Origin: a virus
Lineage: Duplodnaviria > Caudoviricetes
Reading direction: 5' to 3' (one strand)
DNA: 35,277 bases
Virus record (IMG/VR): IMGVR_UViG_3300031578_000178
Location: 1-35,277 of that record
Below, piece by piece: positions 7,972-15,481 of the stretch (position 1 is its first letter; every line of letters begins with the position of its first letter). The position numbers and the translations under genes are program-made. The notes under the pieces are model-generated. The model saw only the letters and a list, made by a program, of their open reading frames with translations, had not been told where the DNA came from and did no database searches.

Positions 7972-10900
7972 ATGGATAAACACAAGGTTTTAGGTGAAAT
8001 CAAAGGATTTCTTGAGGGTTATAATAACGATATTAAGTATCTGGTAAATGTCGAAACCGACCCAAGAACCGATATTGCTGAATGTGTGATACATGAGCCG
8101 AAACAGAAACCGAGAATCGAAAATATCAGATATCTACCTTTCATGTATATGAAGGATTTATCGAGACTTGGTAGAGATTTATATCCAGACAAAGACGAAT
8201 CATATATTGAAAGTAAGAGAATTAAGTATGGTATCAAAATCACTAAATTAAAAACTGGTAACCAGAAAAGATTACTTGATGGCTACTGCTATAAGTTAAC
8301 AAGCCATAGGTGTTATAACGATATCGTTAATTATGTGCGAGACGGTGGAATCGACCCATATGAAAAACTAAGTGATGAAGACGGTAATTTTGTGCGAGAC
8401 GAAAAAGGTAAACTCGTTTATAAAAATCGTGATATATTCCATTCTCCCCGTACCACTGAACAGTTCTTTATCTCAACACAATCAAGACTTTATAAAGGTT
8501 ATGAACAATATAGGGATGTTCATCGTTTGACATTCGACATCGAGACAACTGCTTTACGTTATCAGATTGGCAGAATGTTTGCTATTGGTGTCAGGGACAA
8601 TAGGGGGTTTGAGACCATATTAGAAGTCGATAAACTTAATGATGACGAAGCCGAAATCAGATTGATTCAGGATTTCTTTAATCTAATCGACTATATCAGA
8701 CCTGCCGTTATTTTGGGACATAATTCCGAGACTTTTGACTTTGATTTCATCTTAGGCAGAGCAGGTATTCTTGAAATGGATTTAACTAAAGTTCCAAACG
8801 GACTTAAAGAAGGTATGTTGTTGAAAAGAAGAGGAAATACCAGTGTTAAGTACGGCAATACCACTGATAAATATACTGCCACTGAAATGTGGGGTTATTC
8901 TATTATCGACACAATCCATGCAGCGAAACGAACTGCTGCCGTTAACAGTGACTTGAAATCAACAGGTTTGAAATACGTTGCGAAATTCGAGAACTTTGCC
9001 AGAGAAAATCGAACCTATATTAAAGGTGAAGACAACGACATCGGCAGATACTATAACGAAAACAAGGTGTTTTTAATTAACGAGAAGAACGAATATGTTG
9101 AAATTCCCGATGAATATCAAGATGTTGCGAAGAATCTGTACCGACTTCAAGCCAATAAAGATACTATAACTGCCGACCAACATAAAGTATATAGAAATAA
9201 ATTTCTTGACGAGAATAAATATTTTGTCACTTGGTATAAGGAAAATTGTATTGAGAAAAATCTCACAACGTTTATCGGTGGTAAGAAACTCGTGAAGCAG
9301 TACCTGCTTGATGACCTCTGGGAAACCGAACAGGTTGATGAACTCTATAACCAGTCATCATTCATGCTTGCCAAAATCGTTCCAACCACGTATCAACGTA
9401 TCTGTACAATGGGTACTGCAAGTATCTGGAATCTTCTGCTTACCGCATGGAGTTATGAAAATGACTTGGCTATTCCGATTCCCGATAAATATATGAAGTT
9501 TGGTGGTGGTCTGGCAAGAACCTACAAAAAGGGATATAATACGAAACTTATCAAAATTGACTACGCCAGTCTTTATCCAATGATTCAATTAACCGATGAT
9601 GTATTCCCGATATTCGATATCACTGGTGTTATGAAGAAATTCTTGTTGTACATGACAACTACTCGTAACATCTATAAGAAAATGGGTAGTGGTGCTAAAT
9701 TGGATGTTGAAGAGGTTGGGTTATTGAAACAACTTGACCCTGAAGTACATGTTAGATATATTAATAATCTCTTGAGTTCCGAAGATGTTGCGATGTTCAA
9801 GGTTAAGCAATTACCTATTAAGATTCTAAACAACTCTCTTTATGGTGCGTTGGGTTCACATATTAGTTTTAACTGGTCTGATAACGTTTGTGCAGCAAGA
9901 ATTACCAGTGTGGCACGTATTCAGTTGAGACATGCAATTTATTGGTTTTCACAATTCGGTTGTCTCGCATTACTTGCCGTAACTGATGGTGTTAACTTCA
10001 AAATACCTGACAGCACTAATATCAAGGTGAGTAATGAGGGAATAAGTGAGGGAACAACTGAGGGATTAATTGAAGAAATGTGGCAATACGGTGGAAAAAC
10101 AGGTATAGGAGCACTCATTGAATTATTTAATGAAACCGAAATGCCGAAACCATATATGAGTGTTGATGATGATGGTGAAAGTGTTAGTTGTTTGAACCTT
10201 GCCAGAATTAATTATGCCACACTTTCACTGGTTGAAGATAAGAAGAGTGGTAAAATGAAAGAAAAAATCAAATTAACTGGTAACACAATTAAATCCAAAG
10301 TGATGCCAGAATATATTGAAGAGTTTATTGATAAAGGTCTTGAACTTATTCTTCATGGTAAAGGTAGGGAGTTCGTTGAGTATTATTATAGTTATGCGGA
10401 AGACATTAGATACATGCAAGTGCCGTTGAAGAAAATAGCAAGTAAAAGTAGAATGAAACAAACACTTGCCAATTATAAAAAGAGAGGTAAGGATAAGAAT
10501 GGCAGGGAAAAGGGTAAACAAGCACATATGGAGTTACTGATTCGAAAACGTGAGAAACTCGCATTGGAACTTTTTGAAAAACACAAAATCGAATTGGGTT
10601 TCGATAATCCCGAAAAAGAACCGAAAAAAATTGATGATGTAATGAAAGCCGTCATCAATTACATGCCACCACCACCCGAATTAGATAGCACAGTATATTA
10701 TGTAAATACTGGATATATGAAATCTCACGGTGACACCAAGGATGATGTTAAAGATAAGGAAACTGGTGAATTAAGATATGGTTCTACATTAATTAGTAGT
10801 GAAGATTTACAGGAAAACCCCAATATGACAGGCACATATAATTATGAAAAATATCTTGCTGCTTTTAATAAGAGAGTTGAGACGATTCTCGTGGGATTCG

Positions 10901-11646
10901 ACCCAGAGGTTATAAAGAAAATACCAGTAAAAATTATTAAGAAGGGTGAAAATGCTGGTGATTTAAAGAAGGGTGAATTCAGTCCGTTAAAAAATGAATT
11001 AGAACTTAAAAGTTTCGACCTTGATGACTTCGATGAAAGTATGCATTTGGAAGAAATAGAGGTTGATTTCTGGAATAGAACAGGATATGACCCAAGACTG
11101 GTTTGGAACGGTTTTAAAATGCGTGACGACTACCGTGTTCATTACGAAATATATGAAAATGCCCTGAATTTCTTGAATAACAAAATGATTAAAACCAATA
11201 AACCATGCATCAAATCAATAAATGATAAATATCAAGACGGTGATTTGGTTCTGATTAAAGATGGTAGTGAATATCATGTCGGTGCATATAATGGGGTTTA
11301 TTTACAGATTGTCAGAGACAACGTTGATATTCCCAAGAGTGAATTGGAATTGGAACTCGACAGAATCCAAGAAGAACATCAGAATAAAATCGAGTCATTG
11401 GAAGCCAGTGAGTTAACGACTAAAACTGATAGAGATATTTTTCTTGAAGCACAAGCTAAGAAACAATCAATGTATTTCAAGGAATTTAAACAGACTTTCA
11501 GTCTTGACTTAACATATACTATGGAGAAATTATTTACTGATATTCCTGAAGCAAAAGGAGCGTTTGAGATATTTGTAATAAATGCCGATAATGCTGTTGA
11601 TGAAGAAGCAAGTGAATATTTGGATGTTGATGATGGTTCATATTAA
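7972..11646 (+). CDS. Family B DNA polymerase with 3'-5' exonuclease (1224 aa)
   Basis: ExoI FDIETT, ExoII GHNSETFDFDFI, ExoIII YLLDD, motif A DYASLYP, motif B KILNNSLYG, variant motif C AVTDG. Confidence 0.92.
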   Translation: MDKHKVLGEIKGFLEGYNNDIKYLVNVETDPRTDIAECVIHEPKQKPRIENIRYLPFMYMKDLSRLGRDLYPDKDESYIESKRIKYGIKITKLKTGNQKRLLDGYCYKLTSHRCYNDIVNYVRDGGIDPYEKLSDEDGNFVRDEKGKLVYKNRDIFHSPRTTEQFFISTQSRLYKGYEQYRDVHRLTFDIETTALRYQIGRMFAIGVRDNRGFETILEVDKLNDDEAEIRLIQDFFNLIDYIRPAVILGHNSETFDFDFILGRAGILEMDLTKVPNGLKEGMLLKRRGNTSVKYGNTTDKYTATEMWGYSIIDTIHAAKRTAAVNSDLKSTGLKYVAKFENFARENRTYIKGEDNDIGRYYNENKVFLINEKNEYVEIPDEYQDVAKNLYRLQANKDTITADQHKVYRNKFLDENKYFVTWYKENCIEKNLTTFIGGKKLVKQYLLDDLWETEQVDELYNQSSFMLAKIVPTTYQRICTMGTASIWNLLLTAWSYENDLAIPIPDKYMKFGGGLARTYKKGYNTKLIKIDYASLYPMIQLTDDVFPIFDITGVMKKFLLYMTTTRNIYKKMGSGAKLDVEEVGLLKQLDPEVHVRYINNLLSSEDVAMFKVKQLPIKILNNSLYGALGSHISFNWSDNVCAARITSVARIQLRHAIYWFSQFGCLALLAVTDGVNFKIPDSTNIKVSNEGISEGTTEGLIEEMWQYGGKTGIGALIELFNETEMPKPYMSVDDDGESVSCLNLARINYATLSLVEDKKSGKMKEKIKLTGNTIKSKVMPEYIEEFIDKGLELILHGKGREFVEYYYSYAEDIRYMQVPLKKIASKSRMKQTLANYKKRGKDKNGREKGKQAHMELLIRKREKLALELFEKHKIELGFDNPEKEPKKIDDVMKAVINYMPPPPELDSTVYYVNTGYMKSHGDTKDDVKDKETGELRYGSTLISSEDLQENPNMTGTYNYEKYLAAFNKRVETILVGFDPEVIKKIPVKIIKKGENAGDLKKGEFSPLKNELELKSFDLDDFDESMHLEEIEVDFWNRTGYDPRLVWNGFKMRDDYRVHYEIYENALNFLNNKMIKTNKPCIKSINDKYQDGDLVLIKDGSEYHVGAYNGVYLQIVRDNVDIPKSELELELDRIQEEHQNKIESLEASELTTKTDRDIFLEAQAKKQSMYFKEFKQTFSLDLTYTMEKLFTDIPEAKGAFEIFVINADNAVDEEASEYLDVDDGSY

Positions 11647-11655
11647 TATTAAGAA

Positions 11656-11664
11656 GTATTTATA
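11656..11664 (+). promoter_or_regulatory. Putative late promoter GTATTTATA
   Basis: Motif 24 nt before the ATG at 11680. Confidence 0.6.
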
Positions 11665-11679
11665 TGAAAACATGCCATC

Positions 11680-12345
11680 ATGAAGTTAAAAAAGAAAGAT
11701 TTACTCGAAATAATTGATAGTAATGGAGAGTTAATTGGGAATACCGATATACCCACAGTTGATGCTAATGCTGATACTCAAGCAAGTAATACCAGTGACT
11801 ATAATCAGAAAATAGGTACTCAGCCATTCCGATATGATATGTTGGGTCGTTTCGGCTTTACATTGATGCCTTTTATGGAAGGCGTTGATAAACATCAGGG
11901 TCAGGCTGAATTGGAAAATGATTTAGTTGACCTGTTGAATGACAGATATGTTGAACTCCTTAGTCATTATTATAGAAATCCTCAAAAAGTCAAATCAGAT
12001 TACCGAAAATATAGTGCCGATAAGGAAGTTGGTGAAGAAGCAACGAAACATAGTGTTATTTGGGCAGATAAAATCCTTAAAATACTTGAGAAACATTTCG
12101 GAAACGCATTTAATAATCTCGATGAAAGACTCAAAACCCTTGACGAGCAATTTCATGAAAATATTGCCGAAGGAAAAGTTGTTGAAGACAAAATGGTTGA
12201 CCGAAAAGAAGATGAAATGTCAACTAAAACCGAGGACGGTGAGGTAAGGGAAAAGAAACTCGAAAAAATTGCTGGTCTAATTAATAAATTGGAGAAGAAG
12301 GATATTGATAAACTAATTAATTTATTGGAGAAGAAGAATGGCTAA
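11680..12345 (+). CDS. Hypothetical charged helical protein (221 aa), possible internal head protein
   Basis: Clean ORF behind the motif; Glu/Lys-rich, several hydrophobic-x-E motifs. Confidence 0.75.
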   Translation: MKLKKKDLLEIIDSNGELIGNTDIPTVDANADTQASNTSDYNQKIGTQPFRYDMLGRFGFTLMPFMEGVDKHQGQAELENDLVDLLNDRYVELLSHYYRNPQKVKSDYRKYSADKEVGEEATKHSVIWADKILKILEKHFGNAFNNLDERLKTLDEQFHENIAEGKVVEDKMVDRKEDEMSTKTEDGEVREKKLEKIAGLINKLEKKDIDKLINLLEKKNG

Positions 12346-13117
12346 TCAAGAACTATATGATAAAACCTATAGGATACCCCCAGAGGTCTTAAAGGGTATC
12401 CAGACAGCCTTGGTATCCAATCCGCAAGGAGAAGGCGTAAAACGAGCTAAATTCATGCTTAAAAACGGTTCTATGACCTATCAAGCAATGAAGAGATTAA
12501 AGAATTTCTTCGATTACTTCAATCCACAGTCAGATGACCCGACCCAATTCAGTCTTGCAGGTGGTCAACCCATGAAAGCGTTCATTGAAACCACATTGAA
12601 TCAAGACAGAGCAGGTGTTGCAAGGTCAAAAGAAGTCAGACGTGATATAACAGCAAATCCGAATTCAGAATTAAAACCATTTCAAGCACCAAGATTAAGT
12701 ATAAACGAAGAAAAGAAAGAAAAAGCAAAAAATGCCGTTGCTGTTATCGTAAATAAAGACAATAAAATATTGTTATTAAAACGAGCAGATGGTAAAAAAA
12801 TCTGGATGCCAAGCAAATGGGCACTTGTTGGTGGGGGAATTGAAAAAGGTGAGACCCCACAACAGGCATGTGAGAGAGAAATACTGGAAGAAACTGGTTT
12901 GGAAATCAAGAAATTCGTTCAGTCTTTTAGAATTGAAAGACATGCTGATAGCATTGAATATATTTTTGCTTGTAGATATGATGGTGACCCAACAGATATT
13001 ACGCTTAACGAAGAAAATACAAATTACGGTTGGTATGACGTGAGTGAAATGGAATATCTTGATATTGTTCCACATTTAATCGAATATATTACTCTCGTGT
13101 TTAAAAAATACGAATAA
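12338..13117 (+). CDS. Nudix hydrolase with an N-terminal helical domain of unknown function
   Basis: Complete Nudix box GGIEKGETPQQACEREILEETGL (about 12833-12901); N-terminal ~120 aa separated by SINEE. Confidence 0.9.
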   Translation: MANQELYDKTYRIPPEVLKGIQTALVSNPQGEGVKRAKFMLKNGSMTYQAMKRLKNFFDYFNPQSDDPTQFSLAGGQPMKAFIETTLNQDRAGVARSKEVRRDITANPNSELKPFQAPRLSINEEKKEKAKNAVAVIVNKDNKILLLKRADGKKIWMPSKWALVGGGIEKGETPQQACEREILEETGLEIKKFVQSFRIERHADSIEYIFACRYDGDPTDITLNEENTNYGWYDVSEMEYLDIVPHLIEYITLVFKKYE

Positions 13118-13120
13118 TTT

Positions 13121-13129
13121 GTATTTATA
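13121..13129 (+). promoter_or_regulatory. Putative late promoter GTATTTATA
   Basis: Motif 40 nt before the ATG at 13161. Confidence 0.6.
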
Positions 13130-13160
13130 AGAAATAACAGAAAAATTAATAATAAATAAA

Positions 13161-13739
13161 ATGGCAGAAGAAACCAGTAGATTGTTAGAAAATAGTGCAG
13201 AATTAAGAACCTGTTCGTTAGCAAAAAATAGTGCTGGATACACACCCGGAAAGGAATATCTTCCAACTACTCCAGACACAATTTCAGATGGTGATAACAG
13301 GGGAAGAGACCCTGAATCAGAAGGCGCAATAATTGGCACGCAAATCGATATCGAAACAAGGACTAAGCAGATGGCAAAGAATGCCGATGGTTATACGTAT
13401 GGTAATGAGTACGGTCCGAGTCACGCAGACACTATTTCAGATGGTGATTGTAGAGGCAGAGACCCTGAATCAGAAGGCGGTTCAATTGGAACAAACAAAG
13501 ATATTGACACACGGAATAAACAGATGGCAAAGAATGCCGATGGTTATACGTATGGTAATGAGTATTGTGCAGGTGTTGCTGATACGGTTGCTGATGGTGA
13601 CGATAAAGGCAGAGAACCAGAAGTTGGTGAAGAAGCTGGAACTTGTATCGATTTCAATAATAGGAATCGTTTACTTGCAAAAAATGCTGGTCTTTACACA
13701 AAAGGTAATGAATATTGTGCAGGTAGTGGTAGAGTATAA
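13161..13739 (+). CDS. Hypothetical tandem-repeat protein (192 aa; about 3.5 units of ~51 aa)
   Basis: Unit R..(L/M)AKN..(G/L)YT.G.EY.....DT(I/V).DGD.(R/K)GR(D/E)PE....G...D repeated. Confidence 0.85.
   Translation: MAEETSRLLENSAELRTCSLAKNSAGYTPGKEYLPTTPDTISDGDNRGRDPESEGAIIGTQIDIETRTKQMAKNADGYTYGNEYGPSHADTISDGDCRGRDPESEGGSIGTNKDIDTRNKQMAKNADGYTYGNEYCAGVADTVADGDDKGREPEVGEEAGTCIDFNNRNRLLAKNAGLYTKGNEYCAGSGRV
13368..13564 (+). repeat. Exact 44-nt direct repeat (13368-13411 and 13521-13564), 153-nt period
   Basis: CAGATGGCAAAGAATGCCGATGGTTATACGTATGGTAATGAGTA occurs twice, in frame within the repeat protein. Confidence 0.9.
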
Positions 13740-14695
13740 TGATAAATGAGGCTAAAATATTGTTCAATAATATCAAAAACTTTCGCAATCTCTTAACAGA
13801 AGGCGTTGGTCAGGATGCTATTAAGAAAGCGATTGAAAATCATGAATGGATTTATCTTTACTATAACGGTGATGATGAAGATGGTAAAAATGCAACTGGT
13901 TATCGAACGGTAAGACCTTATGTACTTGGCACAAATGCTGCTGGAAACACGGTTTTGAGAGCATGGCAAGACAATCCAAAAAATAGTTGGCATTTCAGTA
14001 ACCGAAAGACACGTCCCGATAGTCAATATCATGATTATTGGAGTGATTCCGAGGGTGTGAAACCGGGCTGGCGAATGTTCAACTTGGATAAAATTTCAAA
14101 AGTATATCCAACAGGTAAGAAATTTAATGACGCAAATGGTCTACCTATGATACCTGCGGGATATCATGAAGGTAGTGATGACAACATGACCAGTGTTATT
14201 GCATATGTATCAACAAAAACCGAACCTGATTTTGATATGAAATATGATAAGGATGTTCAAACAGATATCATATCAAGAACAGACCGAGATAAAGCGAAAT
14301 GGGATAGTATTAGAAGAGGAAATAAGAATGCGAAGAAAATCACTGCCGATGACGTGGTTAAATTACGTGATGTCGCAAGTCGTGTACAAAAAACCGCACA
14401 TGGTAGTTATCTCGTTGTAATTGATGACCGAAATAATTTCCAATTGATGTTGGGGAAAGATAAGGATAAACAAAATATCCCAGACATCGCAATTGTTGGG
14501 TCATTACCTTATTTATATGACAGTCTTGTTAAACAAAATGCCCCTGCCGATGACAAATTCTTCAATGATATGAAAAACAAGACACAAACTGATTTAAGAC
14601 TGAAAGCACAAGATACTGCAAATCAGCCTGAACCAGAAATAAAAGAAACAAAAACTCCAGAAATACCATATAAGAAAATGACTTTTTTCAAATAA
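13739..14695 (+). CDS. WYL-like domain protein (318 aa)
   Basis: IKKAI...IYLYY...YRTVRPYVLG...GNTVLRAW...GWRMFNLDKI matches the WYL pattern (Y...R-x-V-x-P...R-x-F-x-LD-x-I); no N-terminal HTH. Confidence 0.7.
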   Translation: MINEAKILFNNIKNFRNLLTEGVGQDAIKKAIENHEWIYLYYNGDDEDGKNATGYRTVRPYVLGTNAAGNTVLRAWQDNPKNSWHFSNRKTRPDSQYHDYWSDSEGVKPGWRMFNLDKISKVYPTGKKFNDANGLPMIPAGYHEGSDDNMTSVIAYVSTKTEPDFDMKYDKDVQTDIISRTDRDKAKWDSIRRGNKNAKKITADDVVKLRDVASRVQKTAHGSYLVVIDDRNNFQLMLGKDKDKQNIPDIAIVGSLPYLYDSLVKQNAPADDKFFNDMKNKTQTDLRLKAQDTANQPEPEIKETKTPEIPYKKMTFFK

Positions 14696-14699
14696 TGAA

Positions 14700-14708
14700 G
14701 TATTTATA
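14700..14708 (+). promoter_or_regulatory. Putative late promoter GTATTTATA
   Basis: Motif 32 nt before the ATG at 14732. Confidence 0.6.
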
Positions 14709-14731
14709 AAAAAATATAAAATTTTATAATA

Positions 14732-15424
14732 ATGGCAAAAAAACTTGACTTAAATAAATTAAGGGATGAAATCGATAAGGAGAAGCAGAGTCGAAACATG
14801 ATTCCATCTAAATTAGGTGAAAGTGTTGGTAGAGGCGTGTCACCACGAGATGAATTCTTAACTGGATTATTGCAAGCCAGAGAAACTGGAAATGACACCC
14901 CTTCAACTACACTAATTAAAGTAGTTGAAAACAAGGTAGCTGAAAAACATGGTGGAATAAAAAAACATGTTATTAATGAAGCAGCACCAGTCCAACGTCC
15001 CACAACAGTTGACATGTCGCCTGAAAGGGATGAACAACTATTTGCTGACCTTGAGAAGAAAAGAAAAGCAACTCTTGCTGAAAGTATTCAGGCATTCACT
15101 GGTTCACAATCTGCTGCACCACCAGCACCTTCTGTAAATTATAACGGACAACAATTCTTGACATCAGCACCTGTTCTACCTGCTGGAGCACCAATGCAAA
15201 TAAATGAAGCAGCACTGGTTGAGGGCGTAAAAAACGTTGTTAATGAATATCTCAGTGAGAATCTTGGTGTTGTATTTGAAGAAGCAATCAAGGGAACGAT
15301 AATCGAAATGTATGCCGTGGAACGAATCAAAGAAGTCTTGAATGAAAACCGAGATTTAATTAAAACAGTGGTTATTGAAACCATTCGAGAGATTCAAGCA
15401 AAAAACAAAGCAAAGGCGCAATAA
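14732..15424 (+). CDS. Hypothetical protein (230 aa), possible prohead core/scaffold-like protein
   Basis: Helical segments with Pro/Ala linkers and many (I/L/V)-x-E motifs (LGE, INE twice, LAE, LVE, VNE, LSE, LNE). Function is inference. Confidence 0.75.
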   Translation: MAKKLDLNKLRDEIDKEKQSRNMIPSKLGESVGRGVSPRDEFLTGLLQARETGNDTPSTTLIKVVENKVAEKHGGIKKHVINEAAPVQRPTTVDMSPERDEQLFADLEKKRKATLAESIQAFTGSQSAAPPAPSVNYNGQQFLTSAPVLPAGAPMQINEAALVEGVKNVVNEYLSENLGVVFEEAIKGTIIEMYAVERIKEVLNENRDLIKTVVIETIREIQAKNKAKAQ

Positions 15425-15441
15425 TTATTGCGCTTTTTTTT
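15416..15441 (+). terminator. Intrinsic terminator overlapping the stop codon
   Basis: Perfect 18-nt palindrome GCGCAATAATTATTGCGC (15416-15433) followed by 8 T. Confidence 0.75.
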
Positions 15442-15453
15442 ACTACCCTTTCT

Positions 15454-15462
15454 GTATTTATG
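15454..15462 (+). promoter_or_regulatory. Putative late promoter GTATTTATG
   Basis: Motif 28 nt before the ATG of the 1699-aa gene, just downstream of a terminator. Confidence 0.6.
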
Positions 15463-15481
15463 AATATAATATATTCGTAAC

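Noticed and set aside
7972-11646. Intein or intron in the unusually long DNA polymerase
   Set aside because: No C/S...HN-C/S/T splice junctions or LAGLIDADG motifs seen and the frame is continuous; the extra length looks like ordinary insertions and extensions.
13368-13564. 44-nt direct repeats as a CRISPR array or DGR template/variable repeat pair
   Set aside because: Only two exact copies, in frame at a 153-nt period inside a protein repeat; the intervening sequences are homologous; no A-specific mismatch pattern; no cas or reverse transcriptase gene in the window.
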